A stretch of 63,877 bases of DNA, filler included, from an uncultured Myxococcia bacterium (GTDB taxonomy: Bacteria; CAZTWC01), in the NCBI GenBank assembly GCA_964617105.1. It is 5 parts of 5 records of this genome, joined end to end, with 100 filler letters (N's around TTAATTAATTAA, not from the genome) between each part and the next. Parts side by side here need not be neighbours in the genome. Positions count along the whole stretch, not along the records: positions 27,762 to 41,507 come from CAZTWC010000078.1; positions 41,608 to 55,171 come from CAZTWC010000079.1; 3 more parts are not named here. One strand, written 5' to 3'. Under the pieces are notes generated by a model. It was given only the letters and a program-made list of their open reading frames with translations, was not told where the DNA came from and made no database searches. Numbering within the stretch: the first letter of the stretch is position 1; every line of letters starts with the position of its first letter. Positions 39,802-50,600 of the stretch are shown here, piece after piece. The position numbers and the translations under genes were made by a program.

Positions 39802-40968
39802 ATGAGGGAATTTCATATTATTAAGCGGCTGCCGCCTTATGTTTTCAACACCATCAATCAGATAAAATACCAAAAACGGAAACAAGGGGAGGATATAATT
39901 GATCTCGGTATGGGTAATCCAGACCAGGCCACCCCAGCGCCGATTGTAGAGAAATTGTGTGAGGCGGTTAAGGATGGCAGAAATCACCGTTACTCCATGT
40001 CCCGGGGAATTCCCAAACTTCGGTTGGCAATAACTGATTGGTATAAGCGCCGTTTTAATGTAGAACTCGATCCAGAAACCGAAGCCGTTGCCACCATTGG
40101 GTCCAAAGAGGGGCTATCCCATTTGCTGATGGCCATGTTAGCCCCGGGAGACGTGGTGTTGGTGCCCAATCCTACCTATCCTATCCATCTTTATGGAGTG
40201 ATAATTGCTGGCGGTCATTTGTGCAGCGTTCCTCTGCAGCAGGATGATGATTTTTTCGAGTCCCTAACACGGGCATACCAGGAGATTTGGCCTCGAGCCA
40301 CCATGTTGATGATCAGTTTCCCTCACAATCCCACCACTGCGGTAACTGACTTGGAATTTATGGAAAAGGTGGTGCAGTTCGCCTTGGAGCACAATATTAT
40401 TGTGGTGCATGATTTCGCTTATGCAGAGTTGTGTTTCGATGGATATAAACCGCCCAGTATAATGCAGGTCAAAGATGCTAAAAAGTGTTGCCTGGAGGTT
40501 TATTCTCTCTCCAAGAGTTATAATATGCCCGGCTGGCGGGTGGGGTTCTGCGTGGGTTCACCAGAGTTGGTAAATGCCTTGACCCGCTTGAAGAGTTATC
40601 TGGATTACGGTATCTTTCAGCCTATCCAAATTGCTTCAATCATCGCCCTCAATCAGTGCGATTCTTATGTTCAAGTTATAAAAGATCTTTATCAGGACAG
40701 GCGCGATACGGTAATTTCCGGATTGAATCGTCTGGGGTGGGAGGTGCCGTCTCCCAAGGGAACTATGTTTGTATGGGCTCGGATTCCAGAGCAATACCGG
40801 CATTTGGGTTCCATGGGTTTTTCCCAATTGCTGTTGGAGGAAGCCAAAGTAGCGGTCAGTCCGGGTATTGGGTTTGGTGATATGGGAGATCAGTATATCA
40901 GGATAGCCCTTTGTGAGAATGAGCACCGAATCCGTCAGGCTATCAGAGGACTGAGGAAGATATTTTAA
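39802..40968 (+). CDS. alaC: Alanine transaminase (class I PLP aminotransferase)
   Basis: [27 protein letters not shown] and KSYLDYG motifs. Confidence 0.88.
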   Translation: MREFHIIKRLPPYVFNTINQIKYQKRKQGEDIIDLGMGNPDQATPAPIVEKLCEAVKDGRNHRYSMSRGIPKLRLAITDWYKRRFNVELDPETEAVATIGSKEGLSHLLMAMLAPGDVVLVPNPTYPIHLYGVIIAGGHLCSVPLQQDDDFFESLTRAYQEIWPRATMLMISFPHNPTTAVTDLEFMEKVVQFALEHNIIVVHDFAYAELCFDGYKPPSIMQVKDAKKCCLEVYSLSKSYNMPGWRVGFCVGSPELVNALTRLKSYLDYGIFQPIQIASIIALNQCDSYVQVIKDLYQDRRDTVISGLNRLGWEVPSPKGTMFVWARIPEQYRHLGSMGFSQLLLEEAKVAVSPGIGFGDMGDQYIRIALCENEHRIRQAIRGLRKIF

Positions 40969-41009
40969 TATTTGCATTGATGGGCAACTTAACCGATCAG
41001 ACTCCGGCT

Positions 41010-41236
41010 ATCTACTACCCGGAGCAATCTGTTTCATCAATTTTACCATTGCAGTTGTTGTCCAGTCCATCAGCGCATATCTCTTTCATACCCGGATTTA
41101 TCGGTTGTCATCTTTGCAGTCTGTGCCGCCAGAGATCTTTGAGGCATATCCATCCTTATCAGCATCTACACCATCTATGCCGTCACAGTTGTTGTCAATA
41201 CCCTGAGAATAAACAGTGGCGTATTTGAGTTTTTCA
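41010..41236 (-). pseudogene. Degraded remnant of a Cys/Asp-rich (MopE-related) repeat protein
   Basis: The minus strand reads GIDNNCDGIDGVDADKDGY...TDCKDDN*, then in another frame NPGMKEICADGLDNNCNGKIDETDCSG*. Confidence 0.7.
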
Positions 41237-41271
41237 TTTGTTCTATTGTAATAACTGATATGAACCTGGCC

Positions 41272-41314
41272 GGTCTCAGGCGAGCGCCAGATTTTTAGCC
41301 AGTTGCCTGAGACC
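41272..41314. repeat. 10-bp inverted repeat hairpin
   Basis: GGTCTCAGGC...GCCTGAGACC. Confidence 0.55.
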
Positions 41315-41379
41315 TAAAACTCCAATAAAAACAATTATAGCAAATCTTAATAGATTTTATCGATGTCAGCAAAAAGTAT

Positions 41380-41494
41380 TAACTCGTGACGAATTAACCA
41401 GGTTCATGCCGCGAAGGCAGGTTTGTCATTTTAGGATCCAAGCATTTGCCATTAAAAACGTTAAGAATTTCAAACCTGGTTAATCGTCGGGCTA
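41380..41494. mobile_element. Possible MITE-like element
   Basis: Inverted ends GACGAATTAACCAGGTT / AACCTGGTTAATCGTC; no coding capacity. Confidence 0.35.
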
Positions 41495-41507
41495 CTGATC
41501 GCTAATT

Positions 41508-41607
41508 NNNNNNNNNNNNNNNNNNNNNNNNNNNNNNNNNNNNNNNNNNNNTTAATTAATTAANNNNNNNNNNNNNNNNNNNNNNNNNNNNNNNNNNNNN
41601 NNNNNNN
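41508..41607. other. Artificial contig linker
   Basis: N44-TTAATTAATTAA-N44. Confidence 0.98.
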
Positions 41608-44600
41608 GAGGAGAATGGCAGCATCAATGTAAGCGGCAAAGGCTATTCTGGTGGACTGCCCAATACGCCGGATATTAACCTAATCAATGGTGCTACTCTG
41701 GATAATGTGCGGGAAAATGGCGCTTTGGCCCAGGGTGATACCTCTGGCAAGGCTCAGGGCGGCAATCACGGTGGTTTGGGCGGCTTTAATCCCCAGGGCA
41801 GGTATGGCAATATGTACGCTCCTTTCCTGCCTGGTGGCGGTGGAGGCCGGGGCCATTACTCTATGGGCGCCGGCGGCCACGGCGGAGGCGCTGTCCGTAT
41901 TGAGGCGCGCACTATCCGGCTGGATGGTCATATTTATGCCGATGGAATTACCGGCAGTGGCGACAGCGCTCAGGATTTTTATGGCGGCGGTGGTGGGGCT
42001 GGCGGCTCTATTTGGCTGCAGCCTTTGCCCGAAGTGGTCAACTACCGGGGTACGGATGAGAATGTGGGCGGCGATGACCAGACCCTGGTGCTTACCAACA
42101 ATATCCGCGACAAGAGCCAGGGGCGTAATGTTCACGCCCGGGGCGGGTATGGCGGTCATGTCAAGACCACCAGCCGTTGGGGCGGTTCTGGCTCTGGCGG
42201 ACGAATTGCCATCTACTATTCCCATCGGGATATCAAGATAGACTACAGTGTCCGTCCCGGAGACCGCCGCTATAATTCCGGTGACGAAGGGAGAGCCGGT
42301 ACTATTTATCTGGCCAGGAATGACCAGGATTACGGCACCCTCTTTTTTCGGGATGAGGGTACTCCTGAGTGGATATCCAAACAAACCGAGCTCTATGGCA
42401 TTAGTACCAAAAAGATAGTTTCTGTAGAGGGCGGCAAGATCACTCTGGATACCGACAAAATTCCTGTGCTGAATGGACACGGTTTGTTAAAAGGCGCCTT
42501 TTTAAGCCCTCATTCCAGACCAGAGGTGAACTGTCCGATTTTGGACAACGATGCCACTAGTATAACTATTGGGGTTAGCAGTAAGTGCGCTGGCAGCGAC
42601 CTGGATCTTTTCCAGACTGACACTGAGGTGGTGGTGGTCTATATTGTAAAAGATATTTGCTGGCTGCAAAATTTTGATCAAAGTTGCTCCAATAGTTATG
42701 GCACCTCCTACTTATCTACCAATGCCCGCTTCTATTTGGATGATCCGCTTAAATCGATTGAGGGCGACGGGTACAAGGTGCAAAAGAAAGACGCCTGGAG
42801 CGTGCATGGTCTCTATATTCCCAACCTGGTTCACTATGAGCAGTACGAAGGATACTTGCAAAATTACGACACCATCTACTCCTCCCGGCCGTTGAAAAGA
42901 ATTACCGTCAAACGGTACCGGGCTTACGTGAGAATTCACCGCCAGGAGGTGGAGGAATTTTATCTGGAAGACACTGATAAAAATGCTGACTATCCCTTTG
43001 TAAACTACCTCAACTGCGGAAAACTCTACCTGAAAAATTCCGGTTTTGCTTTTAGAGAGATCAACTGTGGACAGATAATCCTAAACAATTCCAAAGTATA
43101 TGCCAAGCATATGCCGGAAAAGAGTGCTGATGACAGTAGTTGGGGGTCATCAGATGGCGCCCGGTCAGCCAAAATAATCGCCCAGGAGATGAATGTAGAC
43201 TCCAATAGCGAAATTTGGGCCAGGGATCGGGGTTACCGAAAAACCTATACTAACCAATACCAAAAGCATACTACCTATTATGCCGGTCATGGCGGTGACG
43301 GTTATGACGGCAAGGTCAAGGCTTACGGCAATGTTTACTATCCCCGCCAGCCCGGTTCTGGCTCCAATACTAATCACGGCGGCGGTTCTTTTGAGATCAA
43401 TATCTCTGGCCTGTTTCTGTTAGACGGCACTATCTGGGCTGCTGGTTGGGGGCACGCCTCTGGCGGCAGTGTGTATATAGATATGCAGGGAACCGGTACT
43501 ATCCAGGTCACAGATGGCGCCGGATATATCCGGTCCTACTCTGACAACCAGGGATCTGGCGGCCGTATCTCGGTGGTAAATTATGTCTCTAAACTGCCAT
43601 CAGACCTCTATCTCTATTCTTTTAGCACAGATAATGATTACTCCGCCCAGGGGACCTCATTTTTTCGGCCAGCCGGTGACAAATACGGTACTTTGGTAGT
43701 GGATAACCATAACCGTCGAGGGATAACAGCGGTACTGCCACTTTTACCTTCTGGACAGATAATCTCTTTTGGAGATAAAAACAATACCATAAATGATGAA
43801 AATGCCACTTTTCCTATGGAAGATCTACCAAAAGGCAGTATCGACTTGAAGAAGTATTACTTTAAATTTACTGATAAAGATGGAAAAGTCAGGTACCTGA
43901 AGGCAACTGGCAACAGCGAGCAACAGTTAGAGTTGGAATTACCCTATGGGGTGGAGAAACTGTCAGATATCTTTGAGGTGGGCGCTGATTACCAGGGTGT
44001 GTATGTCTTTCAACGGGTTGATTTAGAACGTAAGGGAAAAATCAAGAGTTTATCGCCAATAGTGATTATGGAAGGGGAAAAGGATGAGCCGGAAACTCTG
44101 GTGATCAACAGCGACATGAATGTTCCGGCCTTAATAATCCCGGAAGGCACTAAGAAACTGGTGGTAAATAGCAGTAATCTCAGAGTTACCGATCAAATTA
44201 AGGTGGAACAGTTGGAGGGAAATTCCGCTTCCATCAGTATTGATAAACTAAGTGTTGACACAGTTCAGTTGCAGGAAAGCAGCCTGACCCTGACCGATCT
44301 TACCGGTTTTGACAGTGATCAAGTATCCACATTAAACCTCAAGGGGAGTTCGAACCTGAAACAAACTTCAGCCGGAGATTTTCCTGGCCTCTTTGTGGTG
44401 CGGGTCAAAAACTTATTGGTAGAAGTCAACTCCCGGGTTGATGCTGACGGCAATGGTTACCGTTTTGCCGAACATGCCACTGAGACTTATGCTCCGGGCC
44501 CGGATGGCAAACCCCACGGCACCAGCCGGTCCATCGGCGCCATGCACGGCGGGCTGGGCGGCAACAACAGCAGTTATCACCGTACCTATGGCGATTTTCG

Positions 44601-47600
44601 GGCTCCTATATATGGCGGAACCTCGGGTCATAATTACAGTCCCAACCACAACTACAATTCCCGTTGGCGCAGCCGTGGCGGTGGAGCGCTCAAGCTGGAG
44701 ATATCGGAGAAACTGGAGTTGGAGGGAACTGTCAGCGCCAATGCGCACCAGCCCAGTGACTACAATAGTTGGGAAGCCCTTTCCGGCGCCGGCGGCAGTG
44801 TTTGGGTCACTGGTCTTGACAGCGCTGTTTTCAGCGGCAGCGGCAAAATACAGGTCAATGGCGGTCGGGCCAGAGGCCGGGCCGGTGGTGGCGGCCGGGT
44901 AGCGGTGCGTGGTTTTACCGGCGATATCTCGACCTGGGATTTGCAGGCCCGCGGCGGTTATAGCGATTCCAAAGAGGGTGGCCGGCACGGTGGAGCAGGC
45001 ACAGTATTTGTCCAGGCCAAAGACCAACCCCGTGGTGATTTAAAAGTTGACAACAATGCTCTCAGTTCCACTGCCTGTGCCACTTTTGGCGCCAATATCC
45101 AGGGAGAGATTGTCGAGGTTGGCAAAGATAGTGTTAAACTCAAGAGTACCAGCACCGGCCGTGGCGCCAACTTTATGGAGCCCAACCAAAATTTTGATGG
45201 TTTGAAAGGATTCCAGGTGCGGCTGAGAACCGCTGGGTCTTTCAAGGATTATACTATTGTTACCAACACGGCTGATACCTTGACCATGGCGGTTGGCGAC
45301 GATGATCTGACTCAATTGTTTGCCGCAGGAGATCTGGTGATCTCCCTTTTCAACCTCAACCGGATCGATATTAAGAGCAATAGTAAATTTTTCTCTGATG
45401 GCTTGATATCCGTGGATACAGTGGAGTTGCAGGATAGCAATTTATACCTGAATGAGATCACTGGTTTTGGCAGTGACCAGGTTTCTGTTTTGAACATAAA
45501 GGGATCCTCGAGGCTGAAACAATCCAGTGCCGGCGACTTCCCCGGACCTTTTGTGGTGCGGGCCAATAATCTGTTGGTGGAGGCTGGTTCCTATATAGAT
45601 GCAGACGGCAATGGTTACCGTTTGGCTGATCATGCCACCGAAATCTATGCTCCGGGGCCGGATGGCAAACCCTACAGTGCCAGCCGGTCCAAAGGCGCTC
45701 TGCACGGCGGGCTGGGCGGCGGCAACAGCGATTATCATCTCTCTTACGGTGATTTTCGTGCACCAGTTTATGGTGGTACTTCCGGCAATAATTACAGTCC
45801 TAACCACCACTACAATTCCCGTTGGCATAGCCGGGGTGGTGGAGCGCTCAAACTGGAGATATTGGAGAAACTGGAGTTGGAGGGAACTGTCAGCGCCAAC
45901 GCGCACCAGCCCAGTGATTACAATAGTTGGGAAGCTCTTTCCGGCGCCGGCGGCAGTGTTTGGGTTAACGGCATGGGTAGTGCTGTTTTTAGCGGTAGCG
46001 GCAAAATAGAGGCCAATGGCGGCCGGGCCCGGGGACGGGCCGGCGGCGGCGGCCGGGTAGCGGTGCGTGGTTTTACCGGTGATATCTCTGCCTGGAATCT
46101 GAAGGCCCACGGTGGTTACAGCGATTCCAAAGAGACGGCTCGGCACGGTGGAGCGGGCACGGTATTTGTTCAGCCCAAAGACCAGGCTTACGGCGATTTA
46201 AAGGTTGGCAACAATGGCAACCGCTCCAACTCCTACGCCACCTCTGGGGCCAATATTCATGCTGAGATAGCGGAAGTGGAAAAAGATAAAGTGAAAATAG
46301 CGGTTATTGGCCGGGGCAGCATTTTTATGGAGCCAAATGACAAGTTCGGCGCCCTGAAAGGATTTCCAGTAAGATTGGTGGCGGCCGACAATAGTTTCAA
46401 GGAATACATCATTAGCGCCAATACGGCCGATACTCTGACTCTGGAGGTGGGCGATGATGATCTCACCCAACTGTTTGCTGCCGGTGATTTGGTGGTTTCT
46501 GCGTTCAAACTCAAGCGAGTGGATCTTGATAGTCAGGGCTTTTTTCTCACAGACGGTTTGCTGGAAATATCGAATCAAATGGAGATCAAGGGCAGCGGCC
46601 GTTTGGTTGCTTTTGGGGTCAAAGCAGACCAGTTAACCCTGGAAAGTGCTGACTCATATATCAAAAATATAGACTTGTCAGACCATATGACCATTAAAAA
46701 CGGAGGTATTCTTTACAGTTATATCGGTTACTCTTCGCTGAAATTGGTTCGTTACTGGCAGCCTAGACTGGAAATTTTCACCAAGGATTTCACCATCGAA
46801 GAAGGTGGTAAAATCGATTTGAGTAATCGTGGTTATCCCAAGCCGGCCGACTGCAGTAAAAGTCGCTATTCACTTGGCCCAGATGGTAAAAATGGCCTTC
46901 TACATATTGATCATGGCGCCAGCCATGGCGGGGTGGGCGGTGCCAACAGCTATTGGTATAGAACCTATGACGATCCTCAATATCCTCTGTATGGAGGTAT
47001 CTCAGGACGTTGTTACAGCACTAACAATGCCCACCTTCACCATAGCGGTCAGGGTGGTGGCGCCTTAAAACTTGAATTTGCCGGCATTGGAACTATTGCG
47101 GGATCCATTTTGTCAGATGGTCATCCCAGCAGTGACGCTAACAGTAGTGCTTCCTCTGGCGGCGCCGGCGGTTCCATCTTACTGGATGGTAAAAACAGTG
47201 GCGCTTTAACTATAACCGGCGCCATAAAGGCCAGGGGCGCTTCAACGCGGCATCGGGCAGGCGGCGGCGGCCGGGTGGCGCTCATAAACTTTAGCGGCGA
47301 TATAGAACAGGCTACTCTGCTAGCCTCTGGTGGCAATTATGGTAATTCCGATTCTACCCATCGGGCCAGTGCCGGTAGTGTGTTTCTTAGAAAAACCGGC
47401 CAGGAGTATGGTGATTTTATTTTGGATAATCAAAATAGCAACTCCGGCCGCTGGTCCCCTGTAGGGATGTATTTCCGAAAACAACACCGCAAATTTGCCA
47501 AGATCTATGCGGTGGGTGAAAATACAGTTCAAATTGAGGATGGGCTCTTACGTGAACCTGTACCCGAGAAGGGATTCTATGGTTTTGTTGGCCAACAGAT

Positions 47601-50600
47601 TAGACTTTTTGACCATGCTGAGAAGAATGTAAGAGTTTTCAAGATAATCTCCCATGATGCCAACACCCTGACTCTGGACACCAAAGGGGAAGATCTGACT
47701 GGTATTTTTAAGGTGGATGATCGGATTCAACCCTATTACCAATATAATAATGTAATAGTTAAAAATAGTGCCCGTTTTATCACCGATTCGTTTTTAAAGG
47801 CTGAAAAGGTGGAGTTTGACCAGGGAATAGCCCACAATAGCGCCAGTTATTTTCAGGTGAAGCAACTTAGCCTGGTCAAATCCACTCTGCAAGGTGAAGA
47901 GGTCACTGTGGAGGCAGAGGACGTATCCATAGACCTGGATTCCAAGTTCGATGTCACTGCCGGAGGTTATCTAAAAGGCGACTGCTCCACCGACAAACGC
48001 GGTTACGGCCCTCCGGGCGATCAACGCTGGGGAAGCCACGGCTGGGGTGCATCTCACGGTGGACTGGGTTCGCACGAAAACCGGGTGAACATGAGTTATG
48101 ACTTTTTCTTTGCTCCCTACCTGGCTGGCGCGGCTGCTGACTGTTACAGCACCAACAATGCTCACCATTACATCAGCGGCTACGGCGGCGGCGTGGTAAA
48201 GATGGTTGTTTCCAAGACCCTCTCCCTGGCTGGCTCAATCAAAGCCAACGGCGGCCAGCCATCTGATCCCAATAGCAGTTCGCACAGGGCCGGGGCTGCC
48301 GGCAGTATCTGGCTGGACGGTAAAGACAGCGGAGTTTTTAGTGGCAGTGGAACTATCCAGGCTATTGGCGGTTGGGCCCGCGGATTAAGCGGTGGCGGCG
48401 GGCGTATCGCCATCACCAACTACCAGGGTGATATCAGCAACTATACGGTTAATGCCCATGGCGGTTCCCATGTGAATCTGAGTATGGGAGGCGGGGCTGG
48501 CACCATTTATACCGAAGCGGCTGGTCAGAGTTATGGACAACTCAAGGTGGACAATAATGATGTAAACGGTAATTACACCGGTTTGGGCGGCCCTCGCAAG
48601 AGTGTGGTGGAGGCGGTGGAAGCTGGAATGGTTACTCTGGAGAACCGGGGCGGGTATTTGCGCATGTATGAAAAGGATAGTCAAAACCAAACCGTCTTTT
48701 ACCTGCGTTTGGTCTCTGGCAATGGAAATGGTGAATACCGGATTAAGTGGGTGGATGGTAACCGTTACGGCCTGGAGGATAGCCAGGGGGATATTGTTAC
48801 CTTGTTTAAGACGGGTGATACTGCTGAGCCAATTTATAAACTCAAAGAGCTTGATGTTGTGAAAAATGGAAAACTAATGCCCTCGGAGGGCTATGTGCTG
48901 GATCTGCACGATGGCGGTCAGGGATTGGATTTGGATGGCCAGAGTCTGCAGTTGGCGGGTCTGATAACTTCAGGGGATATCTCTCTGAAAAACAGCACCC
49001 TGACTGCGGGAAAGATTGTGGCTCGGAATTTGATTCTACAGGGCAGTAAAATATATTCACCCTCCACTCCAGCGGATGGCCGGCCGGTTGGATTGAATAT
49101 CAACGCTGATGACTTGCAACTGGATGCCGGTTCTTTGATCTCAGCCAATGGCCGGGGATACAACGGCGGCAATAATTCTCACAAATCAGGTTACTGTTAC
49201 AAAGGCAAGAGTTGCGCTCCTGAGTATCACGCCGGTTCCCATGCCGGGATCAACTTGCGGAATACCCATGCCTACGACCGGGCCTATGGCAATTTCTATT
49301 TCCCAGTTACCTTTGGGGCTGGCAGTGGCAACTATCACGGCCATGGCTATCGTGGAGGTGGGGCTATCCGGCTCAAATTGGGTGGAAACTTAATTCTGGA
49401 TGGTAAGATAACTGCCAATGGTTCCGGTAATCGTTCCTACTCCTCTGGTGCCGGCGGCTCGATTCTGATCGAGATGTCGGGTGGTGGTAAAATCGAATCT
49501 CCGGCGCAAACCGGTAAAATCGAGGCTCGCACCTGGTTTGATGAGGCCAACAACTATATTGGCAACTATCAGGGCGGTAATGGCTATATCACCCTGCGTG
49601 GCTACAGCGAACTGGACAGCGATTTAAGACTGAACGTGTTGCCCTTGACCTGGAACCGTCATAACCGGGCCGCATCAGTGGGAGTCATCTACCTGAAACC
49701 ATCTGGTTCCACCTATGGAACCTTAAAAGTTGACTGCGAAAATTTCAGCAATGGCGGTCAGAGCGTATGGAGCCAGGCGCCGGCAATCAGTGAAATAGGC
49801 GTAACCTCTCAGGTGGTGGAAAAGGTGGCTGGCGGCTTGAGACTTGCTCAAGATGATCTACCGGTCACCAACCATGTTGCCAATGAATATGGCCTGGAGG
49901 GATTGTACGCAGAGGTAAAAGGCAGTTGGGGCAGCGCCATGTTCCTGGTGACCAATTCCAGTTCTGACACTATCTTTTTAGAGGGCAGCCTAGACAATGT
50001 GCAGGTAGGCGACCAGGTGCGGACAGTGCACCAGTTCGATAGCCTGGACCTTAATAACCGCGGCCGGATTCATTTTATGAATTCTGCTGTCAAAGTGGAT
50101 AACCTGACCCTGGACAAGTATGTCTATCTGGGTCTTCATGAGGGGATTTTTAAGAACCTTACCATCAAGAACGCGGTTGTTTCCACTTTTCCGGCCTGGG
50201 CCAGCAAGAAGAAACTGTTCCCTCTTAATCTTCAGGTGGATAACCTGGTGGTGGAGAGCGGCGGCGATATCCACGCCGATGGTTGTGGTTACCCCGGAGA
50301 TACTAGCAATGCCGGTGGCTATGGCCCGGGATTTGGCCGGCTGGCCAAAAACATGGCCGGATCCCACGGTGGTTTTGGTGTGGGCGGTGAGAGAAAGCAT
50401 ATCTACGGCCGCTATGACCGGCCCCTGACCGCAGGTTCTTCAGGCGGATACAACGGCCAAAGCGGCGGCGCCGGCGGTGGAGTGATCCATATCAAGGCTT
50501 CCCAGTCTATGGTCAATGATGGACGGATCAGAAGTAATGGCCATACCCGCAACCGGTCGGGCGCTGGTGGGTCGATTTTGCTGGAAGCGTCTAATTTTGA

